A stretch of DNA of 64,000 bases from NCBI GenBank assembly GCA_039804105.1, contig JBDRZU010000001.1:416001-480000 (forward strand), in the 5' to 3' direction. The position numbers and the translations under genes are program-made. Below the pieces are notes generated by a model. It ran no database searches. It was not told the DNA's origin and saw only the letters and a program-made list of their open reading frames with translations. This DNA comes from a candidate division WOR-3 bacterium (GTDB taxonomy: Bacteria > Hydrothermota > 32-111). Positions 29,835 through 38,287 of this stretch are shown here, piece after piece. Position 1 is the first letter of the stretch; each line of letters begins with the position of its first letter.

Positions 29835-30971
29835 TTATTCAATACTTTTCAAATGAATTTTAAAATTTAAAATCATATGAACAATTAAAGGGTATTGAGG
29901 ATTATCAAGTATAACTAAACGCTCACCGGTAGGAGCTTCACATAAAATACAATCCAAAACAATAACTTTATCTTTGTATTTAACTTTTACTTTCTTTTGT
30001 CCTTTTAAGAATAATTCTACTGGTGTTTGGTTTATTTCATCAGTATAGGGATAATATGTTACTTTCTTTTTCTTTTTCAATTCTTTAAACATATTTTGAG
30101 AACAAAAAACACTTGTCCCATCAGTTAAAACTAAAGGATCTGAATTACGTGAGCTATAAATATAATTATATTGATTAAGTGAATTTTTTAAAGCTTCACT
30201 TGAAATAATAATCTCACCACCTTTTTTACCCATTTTATACCACGAATAATGAATTTTATCAGATAATTCTTTTAATTCAAATGACATAGGTTCAAGATAA
30301 TTAATTGTATAATTTAATTTCGTGCCATCTTTTAACCAGTTTTTGTCGTCATTTTTATAAGATTTAAAATCTTCCCAGTATTCATTTCCTTTTGCATCAA
30401 TATATCCCAAATAACCATCAACACCTACCAAAGCCAATCCATTATCAAACATCCATGAACTATCATATTTATATGGTATAATCAAATTTCCCTTTGTATC
30501 AATATATCCCCAGCGATTATTCTTTTTTACAGATGCTAATCCATTTGAAAATGCTTGTGCTTCTTGATATTGAGGTTTGATCAACACATTACCGGTCTTG
30601 TCTTTATAACCATACAAACCATTTTCTTCAAAAACTTCTAACAACACTTCTGGTTGAACTTCCTGTTGTTGTTCTTCTGTTGAAGGAGGTTCAGATTCTT
30701 CTCCTTTTGTGTTTATAAAAAATACTTCATCATTTATGTTTACTATAGCAAAGCCATTATAGAATGGTTCCACAAAATCGTATTTACATTCGATCACTAT
30801 TTTTTTATTCCTATCACAGAATCCCCATTTATCACCTTTTCGATACGGTATGAGTTCAGGTGGTTCTGGAAGATTTTGTGCAAACAAAAAAAGTGCGTTT
30901 GAAAGTAAAAACCAGAAAAATAAAATTTTAGATAAACCTGAAAAAATTGAGGCCTTTTTTAAGTTTTTCAT
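29835..30971 (-). CDS. Exported WG-repeat protein, paralogue 1
   Basis: KWGFCD, LYGYKDKTG, WGYIDTKG repeats; GGTGG SD before MKNLKK. Confidence 0.85.
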   Translation of the reverse strand: MKNLKKASIFSGLSKILFFWFLLSNALFLFAQNLPEPPELIPYRKGDKWGFCDRNKKIVIECKYDFVEPFYNGFAIVNINDEVFFINTKGEESEPPSTEEQQQEVQPEVLLEVFEENGLYGYKDKTGNVLIKPQYQEAQAFSNGLASVKKNNRWGYIDTKGNLIIPYKYDSSWMFDNGLALVGVDGYLGYIDAKGNEYWEDFKSYKNDDKNWLKDGTKLNYTINYLEPMSFELKELSDKIHYSWYKMGKKGGEIIISSEALKNSLNQYNYIYSSRNSDPLVLTDGTSVFCSQNMFKELKKKKKVTYYPYTDEINQTPVELFLKGQKKVKVKYKDKVIVLDCILCEAPTGERLVILDNPQYPLIVHMILNFKIHLKSIE

Positions 30972-31108
30972 AAATACCACCATTCTTTTTTTAGGTTTAT
31001 TTAATTTTTGTTCTACAAATATTTTAAAAAAAAATAAATAAAAAATCAACCTGATAAAAACTTTGAAAACAGATATTTGACTATGAAATTAAAATTTTGA
31101 ATGTAATT
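30778..31108. repeat. ~330-bp direct repeat, copy 1 (upstream region, signal peptide and first WG repeat)
   Basis: Near-identical to 32070-32399, with about 6-7 differences by eye. Confidence 0.92.
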
Positions 31109-31162
31109 AGTTTATCTCTTCTTAATTTAAAATTTCTTTATACTTGTAAACGAATATCAATT

Positions 31163-32263
31163 TTAATCTTTATTTTCCTTCTCCATTATCTTTACAAGTT
31201 CTTCTATTCTTTCTAAAGTTTCTACTCCAAAAACTCCATCGTCTGTACTCAAATCAAGAAGTTCATACTTCTTTGATATCTTATTCAACTCTATTTTTAA
31301 TTCATTTACACTATTAAAATTTTCTATATCTAATTTTCTTATTTTCATCAATATATCCAATGCTACATATATTTCAACATCAAATTTTTCATCAGTTTCA
31401 ATAATATATCCAAGAATTTTTAACTTTTCATTTACTAAATTATGTAGATTTAAAATATCTCCTTTTGAATTTATACCAATTATTCCCAGGTTATAAAAAA
31501 AGTCTTTATTTGAATCTATAAAATTATTTATTTCTTCTAATTTAGCTACATTATATAAAGTTATAATATTAAATTTCAATCTAAATTCGCTTACATATTT
31601 TGTATAACTCACTAAAGTAAATAGATTACCATATCTTGAATTTATATCTCCCAAAATGTTACTATCGACTTCTTTTCCTGTTTTATCTATATAGAATTCT
31701 TTCCCATTCAATTTAACACGAGCAATACCATTAGAAAAATTAGAAGCTCTCTCATATTTTACAGGGATAACTTCTTTACCGTTCTTATCTATATAGCCAT
31801 ATTTGTCATACAATTCTCCATTTTTTTGAACAACAGCAAGACCTTCAGAAAAAGACCATGTTCCAACATATTTCATTGGAATTATTATTTTTCCCTTTTT
31901 GTTTATATATCCCCATATGCCGTTCTGTTCAACAGCAGCAAATCCTTCTGAAAAATTTCTTACTAAATCAAACTCCGGTGCTATAACTTCTTTTCCCGTT
32001 TTATCTATATATCCCCACTTGCCATTCAATTTAACTGCCGCAAGTCCTTCTGAGAAAGGCAGTGCACCATCATATTTACATTCGATCACAATTTTTTTAT
32101 TCCTATCACAGAACCCCCATTTATCACCTTTTCGATACGGTATGAATTCAGGTGGTTCTGGAAGATTTTGTGCAAACAAAAAAAGTGCGTTTGAAAGTAA
32201 AAACCAGAAAAATAAAATTTTAGATAAACCTGAAAAAATTGAGGCCTTTTTTAAGTTTTTCAT
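31163..32263 (-). CDS. Exported WG-repeat protein, paralogue 2
   Basis: FSEGLAAVKLNGKWGYIDKTG repeats; N-terminal ~63 aa shared with paralogue 1; unrelated C-terminus ending in DDGVFGVET (peptidoglycan-binding-like). Confidence 0.88.
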   Translation of the reverse strand: MKNLKKASIFSGLSKILFFWFLLSNALFLFAQNLPEPPEFIPYRKGDKWGFCDRNKKIVIECKYDGALPFSEGLAAVKLNGKWGYIDKTGKEVIAPEFDLVRNFSEGFAAVEQNGIWGYINKKGKIIIPMKYVGTWSFSEGLAVVQKNGELYDKYGYIDKNGKEVIPVKYERASNFSNGIARVKLNGKEFYIDKTGKEVDSNILGDINSRYGNLFTLVSYTKYVSEFRLKFNIITLYNVAKLEEINNFIDSNKDFFYNLGIIGINSKGDILNLHNLVNEKLKILGYIIETDEKFDVEIYVALDILMKIRKLDIENFNSVNELKIELNKISKKYELLDLSTDDGVFGVETLERIEELVKIMEKENKD

Positions 32264-32399
32264 AAATACCCCCATTCTTTTTTTAGGTTTATTTAATTTT
32301 TGTTCTACAAATATTTTAAAAAAAATAAATAAAAAATCAACCTGATAAAAACTTTGAAAACAAATATTTGACTATGAAATTAAAATTTTGAATGTAATT
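32070..32399. repeat. ~330-bp direct repeat, copy 2
   Basis: Near-identical to 30778-31108. Confidence 0.92.
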
Positions 32400-32482
32400 G
32401 ACTTTTACAATTGGATGGAACAATTAAAATAAATGTATTTTATACTGTTATAAGTTAATGGAAAGTTTTCGGATTTCTTTTT

Positions 32483-32558
32483 TGGCTCCCCGGGAGGGAC
32501 TCGAACCCCCGACCTGGTGGTTAACAGCCACTCGCTCTACCGACTGAGCTACCGAGGA
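32483..32558 (-). tRNA. tRNA-Asn (GTT)
   Basis: 76-nt cloverleaf TCCTCGGTAGCTCAGTCGGTAGAGCGAGTGGCT-GTT-AACCACCAGGTCGGGGGTTCGAGTCCCTCCCGGGGAGCCA with encoded CCA; TTGACA-N16-TATAAT upstream. Confidence 0.97.
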
Positions 32559-32677
32559 ATGCCAAATGTAAATACCAATTTTGAAATTTATTATATTAAA
32601 ACTTTACTGGTTGTCAATAGTAAAAATTTTTGTTGACTTTTTAGTTGAATCTGTTAATTTAAAAAAAAGGAGGGCTT

Positions 32678-33256
32678 TTGAAAAAATATACTCTTTTCTT
32701 GTTTTTTGTTTTATCATTTTCACTTTTTCTTTTCTCAGAAACAATAACCTACAAAACCTATGATTTTAAAGATTTAAAAATGTCAGTGTCTGTTCCAAAA
32801 AACTGGAAATTCGAAGAAGTTACAAATGATAAATTGATACAAAAGATATGGACACCAGAAAAAGAAACTTTTGGAAGTGATAAATTTTGGTTCTTTATCG
32901 GAAAAGGTGTTTTAAACGATTTTACAAAAGATCCTTCAAAGGCAACAGTCGAGGAGATTGACTCTGTCCAATCTTTTATTGAATATGAGTTCCAGACCTC
33001 TTTTGAAAATCAGGGATATTTTATCGATGATGTTAAAAAATCGATAAAAACGATCAATGGAAAAAGTTTTTACTATTTTGATTTTTTACTCGGTTATGAT
33101 TATGAATATGAAGATGATATTTACACAACATATACAAAATCTTTGATATATTTTGCAAATGATATAGTGATAACTTATATAGTTGAAAGTGAATTTGTTT
33201 CAACAGATCAACAGAAAATACTCGATAAAATTCTTGGGAGTATGAAATTTTACTGA
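32678..33256 (+). CDS. Hypothetical exported protein (PsbP/Mog1-like pattern)
   Basis: AGGAGG SD with TTG start, signal peptide, SVSVPKNW, C-terminal ILDKILGSMKF. Confidence 0.65.
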   Translation: MKKYTLFLFFVLSFSLFLFSETITYKTYDFKDLKMSVSVPKNWKFEEVTNDKLIQKIWTPEKETFGSDKFWFFIGKGVLNDFTKDPSKATVEEIDSVQSFIEYEFQTSFENQGYFIDDVKKSIKTINGKSFYYFDFLLGYDYEYEDDIYTTYTKSLIYFANDIVITYIVESEFVSTDQQKILDKILGSMKFY

Positions 33257-34377
33257 GAGAAAATATTTTTATATTTTTGCTCAAACAAAATAACCTTCTC
33301 AGTTAAACTTTTTTCATCTTTGTGTTGTAAAATTATGTCGTATAAAATTTTTATGATTTCTTTATTTTCTTTTTTCAGAAATTTTTCAAATAATCTTAAA
33401 AAATATCTAAATGACTCTTTCATTCTATCACTTTTTTTAAAACTTTCAAAAAGTGAAATAAAGTTCTTATCAATATTTTGATAAAAGTTTATTTTGACCC
33501 TTAATCTAATCGCATCTTTTAAATATTTGATCGATTTTTCATAATCCCCTTTTTTTTCATAAACAACTCCTATAGAAGCAAGATTTAAAACTTCTGTTGA
33601 ATGATCAAAAATCTCCCTTTTAATCGGTAAAGATTCAAAAAAATATTCCAAACTTTTATCGAGTTCATTTTTAAAAAGATAAATATATCCAATGTTATAA
33701 ATAACCGAAGAGAGCATCTTTTTTTCACCTATCTTCTTCAATATTTCTTTCGCTTTTTCAAGGTATAAAATTCCATTCTCATAATCTTTATTTCTTGCAT
33801 AGATCATCCCTATGTTGTTCAAAGATTGTGCCTGTGCAAGTTTATCATCGATTTCGGTTCTGACTTTTAAAGATTCAAAATAAAAATTCAAGGATTTTTC
33901 ATTATCACCTTTTACTTTATAAACAAAACCAAGATTATTCAAAACAAATCCCAGCGCTCCACCTGCTCTACTTTTTTCTCCATTTTCATTTATTTGATAC
34001 TGTTTTATCAGTATTGAATAACATTCCTGAAGAATTTCAAGTTCTCTATCATATTCGCCTTTACTTCCAAGTGCCATCGCGTATGAATTCAAACTGTTCG
34101 CATAACCGGTTAAATCATCAACAGATTTAAAAAGTTCAGACGATTTTTTTGCATATAACATCATATTATCATAATCATTTAAAATTTCATAAGCTACAAC
34201 TTTTTCCATGTAAAGTTTAGCAAGATTATCAATAAGATTATTTTTTTCTGCTACTTTTTCACCCTCTTTAACATCTTTTAGTGCTTTATCGATTTTACCT
34301 AAAAGATTGTAAACTTGAGCCCTTGCTCTTAAAGTTTCGATAAAAATTATTTCAAAATCTTTTTTCATAATCAGCAT
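33250..34377 (-). CDS. Stand-alone tetratricopeptide repeat protein
   Basis: LNNLGFVY, SLNNIGMIY and YNIGYIY repeats; N-terminal motif shared with 22778 and 40944. Confidence 0.9.
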   Translation of the reverse strand: MLIMKKDFEIIFIETLRARAQVYNLLGKIDKALKDVKEGEKVAEKNNLIDNLAKLYMEKVVAYEILNDYDNMMLYAKKSSELFKSVDDLTGYANSLNSYAMALGSKGEYDRELEILQECYSILIKQYQINENGEKSRAGGALGFVLNNLGFVYKVKGDNEKSLNFYFESLKVRTEIDDKLAQAQSLNNIGMIYARNKDYENGILYLEKAKEILKKIGEKKMLSSVIYNIGYIYLFKNELDKSLEYFFESLPIKREIFDHSTEVLNLASIGVVYEKKGDYEKSIKYLKDAIRLRVKINFYQNIDKNFISLFESFKKSDRMKESFRYFLRLFEKFLKKENKEIIKILYDIILQHKDEKSLTEKVILFEQKYKNIFSQ

Positions 34378-34730
34378 ACATCAGAAATTTTATCGAGGAA
34401 ATGTTGTATCTCAACATTTCTACCCTCAGGATCTTTGATATAAAAATGGTATATTTTAAAATAGGTATTCGTTTTCAACTCAACTGTAACATAATCTTTT
34501 AACTTCTCATACATTTTTTCAACATCTTGTTTCGTTTCATAAAAGAATGTGATCACACCAGAATTTTCAACCATATCAGAATCACAAAAACCAAGCAGAA
34601 GATTTTCATATTTCAAAATCACACATTTTTTTTGATCAATAAAAACTTCCATTCCAAAATTTTCTATATAAAATTTTTTTATTTCTTGAAGATTTTTTGT
34701 TTTGAAAAAAATTATTCCCCCGTTTTTCAA
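34371..34730 (-). CDS. VOC/glyoxalase family protein
   Basis: KFYIENFGME..FYIKDPEGRNVEIQ. Confidence 0.85.
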   Translation of the reverse strand: MKNGGIIFFKTKNLQEIKKFYIENFGMEVFIDQKKCVILKYENLLLGFCDSDMVENSGVITFFYETKQDVEKMYEKLKDYVTVELKTNTYFKIYHFYIKDPEGRNVEIQHFLDKISDVC

Positions 34731-36472
34731 TCTTTCTCCTTATCTATAAAAATTTTATACTCTAAATCGTTTTTGTAAAGTTCATTATGTGAGCAACATC
34801 CTTTTGCATGTTGTTGATTTAGAAATATCACTTTATCCATATATTTGATCGTTGCCAATCTATGCGATACAACTATTGTGATTGACTCTTTCAGAAATTC
34901 TTTAAGTGAATCCCATAACTTCTTTTCGTTTCCAGTATCAAGTGATGATGTTATATCATCAAAAATAAGCAGTTCAGGTTTTTTCATCAACGCTCTTGCG
35001 ATCGAAATTCTCTGCTTTTGACCACCACTTAACGATGTTCCCCTCTGTCCCACCAAAGTTTCATCCTTTAAAAGAAACCTTTTGATCTCATCTTCCATAT
35101 TAATAATTTTTAAAACTTTTTCATAATAATCTTTCTCATAATCTTCAACTCCAAACAATATGTTTTCTTTCAATGTCCCAGAGAATAATAATGGCTCTTG
35201 CAAAACAAAACCAACCTTTTCTCTATAACTTTTTAAATCTATATCCTCAAAAGGTATTCCGTTTATCAAAATTCTTCCAGATGTTGGGATGAGAAATCCA
35301 GATAAAAGATTTAAAAGAGTTGATTTCCCTGCTCCAACCTGACCAACAATTATTATCTTTTCTCCTTTATTGAACTTAAACGAAAGATTTTCAAGAATCA
35401 GATTCTTCTGGTTGTATCCGAAAGAAACATTTTCAAACTCAATATTTTCGATTTTATCGATTTTAAGATTTTTGTTTGAATTATAGATCTTTACAGGATA
35501 ATCTTTTATCTCTTCAAGTCGATCGATGTTAACAAAAGATTGTTTCCCAGATACAAAAAGTTGTGGAAGGTCAAGAACAGGATAGATCAGTATCGAAAGG
35601 TATGTATAGAACGCATAAAAAGTTCCAACAGAGATTTCCCCTTTCAAAACAAGCATTCCACCATAAAGTATCACAACGATCTGCGCAATCCTATCAATAT
35701 ATTCATAAACAAGATTTATCAATGAGTTGAGTTTTATCAGATCGATTTCTGTTTTCATCCTTATATTCAATGCTTTTTCAAAAAATCTGTTGTACTGGCT
35801 CTCTTTGTTATATGACTTAATTATTTTGATCCCTGAAAAACTCATTTCAAGTTGATTGTTGATTTCACTTATCGCTTCCTGATTCATTTTGAACGAAAGA
35901 TAGAGTTTGCTGCTTAAAAGATAAAAGAAGAGAACCATCAGAGGTATAGGTAAAACCGAAAGTAGTGTGAGTTTCCAGTTCAAGAAAAACATCACAACAA
36001 GACAGAAGAATATTTTCGAAGATGAATCGAGTGCTCGAAATATACCCGAACACAAAAACCAGCATATTTTGGGGAAATCGGAAAGATCATCAGTTAATCT
36101 TGTGACAAGATCCCCTGTTCTAAAGTTGTTAAAAAACGAATAGTCCTTTTTGAGTATATATGAAAAATATTTCATTCTAAGTTTATTTTCAAATCTGTAA
36201 TTCATAAAAGCTCTCAATGTCGGATACATTCCTGAAAAAATTCTAACGATCCCAACACCGAGAAGAAAATATACAATTCTGTATATTTCTACCATCGGAT
36301 TTTTTATTTCTATTTTTGAATTCAAAATTTTATTAAGGTTATCAAACAGGATCTTAAAAACGAATGGATAGGCAACCGTTACAAATGTTGAAAGCAAAGT
36401 GATAAAAAATAAAAGTATTAAAAATCTTTTTTCCTCTTTCCAGACTTGCCAAATCCACTTAATATGTTCCAT
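34727..36472 (-). CDS. ABC exporter half-transporter (TMD plus NBD, degenerate Walker B)
   Basis: GQVGAGKST, LSGGQKQR, IFDDITSSLD, SHR. Confidence 0.93.
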   Translation of the reverse strand: MEHIKWIWQVWKEEKRFLILLFFITLLSTFVTVAYPFVFKILFDNLNKILNSKIEIKNPMVEIYRIVYFLLGVGIVRIFSGMYPTLRAFMNYRFENKLRMKYFSYILKKDYSFFNNFRTGDLVTRLTDDLSDFPKICWFLCSGIFRALDSSSKIFFCLVVMFFLNWKLTLLSVLPIPLMVLFFYLLSSKLYLSFKMNQEAISEINNQLEMSFSGIKIIKSYNKESQYNRFFEKALNIRMKTEIDLIKLNSLINLVYEYIDRIAQIVVILYGGMLVLKGEISVGTFYAFYTYLSILIYPVLDLPQLFVSGKQSFVNIDRLEEIKDYPVKIYNSNKNLKIDKIENIEFENVSFGYNQKNLILENLSFKFNKGEKIIIVGQVGAGKSTLLNLLSGFLIPTSGRILINGIPFEDIDLKSYREKVGFVLQEPLLFSGTLKENILFGVEDYEKDYYEKVLKIINMEDEIKRFLLKDETLVGQRGTSLSGGQKQRISIARALMKKPELLIFDDITSSLDTGNEKKLWDSLKEFLKESITIVVSHRLATIKYMDKVIFLNQQHAKGCCSHNELYKNDLEYKIFIDKEKD

Positions 36473-36473
36473 A

Positions 36474-38213
36474 TCAATCCTTTAAAATATGTTGCTTCAC
36501 AATATTTTGATATTCTTTCGATTTTTCAAGCAACTGCTTATGTGTGCCTGATGCTATTATGTTTCCATTTTCGAAAAGAAAAATCTTATCACAGTTGATA
36601 ACAGTTGATAACCTGTGTGCTATAATGATTGATGTTTTATTTTCAAGAATTCTATCAAGTGCATCGATAATTTTTTTCTCAGTCATTTCATCAATCGAAG
36701 ATGTAGCTTCATCCATTATCACAACAGATGCTTTTGAAAACACTAAAACTCTTGCCAAATTTATAAACTGTTTCTCCCCTGCTGAAATATTTCTGCCTTT
36801 CTCTTTGATCTCTCTGTATATCCCAAACTCATCACTAAGCAATGTCTCTCCATAAACATCTTTTAATGATTTTTTTACAATATCTTCAGAAATCTCTTCA
36901 TCGTATAATCTCACATTCTCAAGAATATCTCCGGGGAAAATTATTCCTTCCTGTGGAATATAAGCAAAAAGTTCTCTTAATGATTTTAAGTCATACTCTT
37001 TTAATTCAACTCCATCTATCAAAATTTTTCCTTTATAATTTTTGTAAAATCCAAGCAAAAGATTTGCAGTTGTTGTTTTACCACTTCCAGATGGACCAAC
37101 AAAAGCAACCTTTTCACCTGCTTCAATTTTAAAAGAAATATCTTTTAGTACCTGCTCCCCTTCCTTATATTCGAAAAAAACATTTTCAAACATTATATTT
37201 TGTTTTAGTTTCGTAATCTTTTTACTTCCTGAAAATGATTCTTCTGTTGGATTTTCTATTATCTTGAAAATTCTTTGTAGTGAAACAAAAGCCCTTTGAA
37301 ACATATTGAAATTTTCTGCAATCTGCATAATCGGTTCAAATAATCTCAATCCATACTGGATAAATATAACAAGTGTTCCAACAGTCAAAACTCCAGAAAA
37401 AATTTTCGGCGATATGAGTAAAATCACGATTATGATAAAAAGTGTTTCAACAAAAAATGTTTGTAAACTCCAGAACGAATATTCTATAAACGATGTTTTC
37501 GTTTCAACATTGAATTTTTCCTTCGATTTCATTTCAACAATATTTTTTATTTTTTCTTCTTTGTTAAAAAGTTGTATCACCATCATTCCCTGAATGTATT
37601 CAGTTAACTGTGCAGAAAGCTCAGCGTAAAGTTCTCTGACCTTTTTGAAAAATTTGGTCAGGTATCTGATCAAGAAAATCGAAAAAATAAAAACCAACGA
37701 TAAAGGAATAAGTAAAATTAAAGTTACAAAACTGTTTTTTAACATCAAAACTGTTATCATTCCTATAAAAAATATAATGTTCCCAAAGATCATTATCATC
37801 TGACTTGAAAATAGTTGCTTTACTCTTTCCCCATCACTTTCAACCCTTGCGATCAACTCTCCAACCTTCCTTGCATCAAAAAAACTGATTGGTAATTTTA
37901 ACATATGTGAAAAAAGATCCATTTTCAGAGATGTTATGAGTTTCAAACCAAGTCGGGCAAAGATTAAATTTTGAATGTATGTTAAAAAACCTGAGATAAT
38001 GATAACACCAACAAAAAAGGATGAATATTTTAATAGATCTGAAACACTTCCAGAAGGAATCGTTTTATCAACTATATGTGCAAGGATAAGGGGATCTACC
38101 AATCTTGAAATCGAAACGAGGATAGTGATGAGAAAACCTAATATGAAAAATAGTTTTTCTTTTTTTATGTAAAAGAATATCTTTTGAAAATAGTTTTCAT
38201 TTCTTTCTTTCAT
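36474..38213 (-). CDS. ABC exporter half-transporter (heterodimer partner)
   Basis: GPSGSGKTT, ISAGEKQ, MDEATSSID, AHRLST. Confidence 0.93.
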   Translation of the reverse strand: MKERNENYFQKIFFYIKKEKLFFILGFLITILVSISRLVDPLILAHIVDKTIPSGSVSDLLKYSSFFVGVIIISGFLTYIQNLIFARLGLKLITSLKMDLFSHMLKLPISFFDARKVGELIARVESDGERVKQLFSSQMIMIFGNIIFFIGMITVLMLKNSFVTLILLIPLSLVFIFSIFLIRYLTKFFKKVRELYAELSAQLTEYIQGMMVIQLFNKEEKIKNIVEMKSKEKFNVETKTSFIEYSFWSLQTFFVETLFIIIVILLISPKIFSGVLTVGTLVIFIQYGLRLFEPIMQIAENFNMFQRAFVSLQRIFKIIENPTEESFSGSKKITKLKQNIMFENVFFEYKEGEQVLKDISFKIEAGEKVAFVGPSGSGKTTTANLLLGFYKNYKGKILIDGVELKEYDLKSLRELFAYIPQEGIIFPGDILENVRLYDEEISEDIVKKSLKDVYGETLLSDEFGIYREIKEKGRNISAGEKQFINLARVLVFSKASVVIMDEATSSIDEMTEKKIIDALDRILENKTSIIIAHRLSTVINCDKIFLFENGNIIASGTHKQLLEKSKEYQNIVKQHILKD

Positions 38214-38287
38214 TTTAAGAATTATATAATTTGTGAAAATTATTACAACATATTTGATTTTTTTGATATTTTTTGTAAAATAATTGT

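Noticed and set aside
30778..32399. Possible DGR template/variable repeat pair
   Set aside because: Differences are few and not adenine-specific on either strand, the repeat covers the 5' end and upstream DNA, and no reverse transcriptase is present.
34727..38213. Degenerate ABC motifs as pseudogenisation
   Set aside because: One degenerate and one consensus site is normal for heterodimeric ABC exporters.
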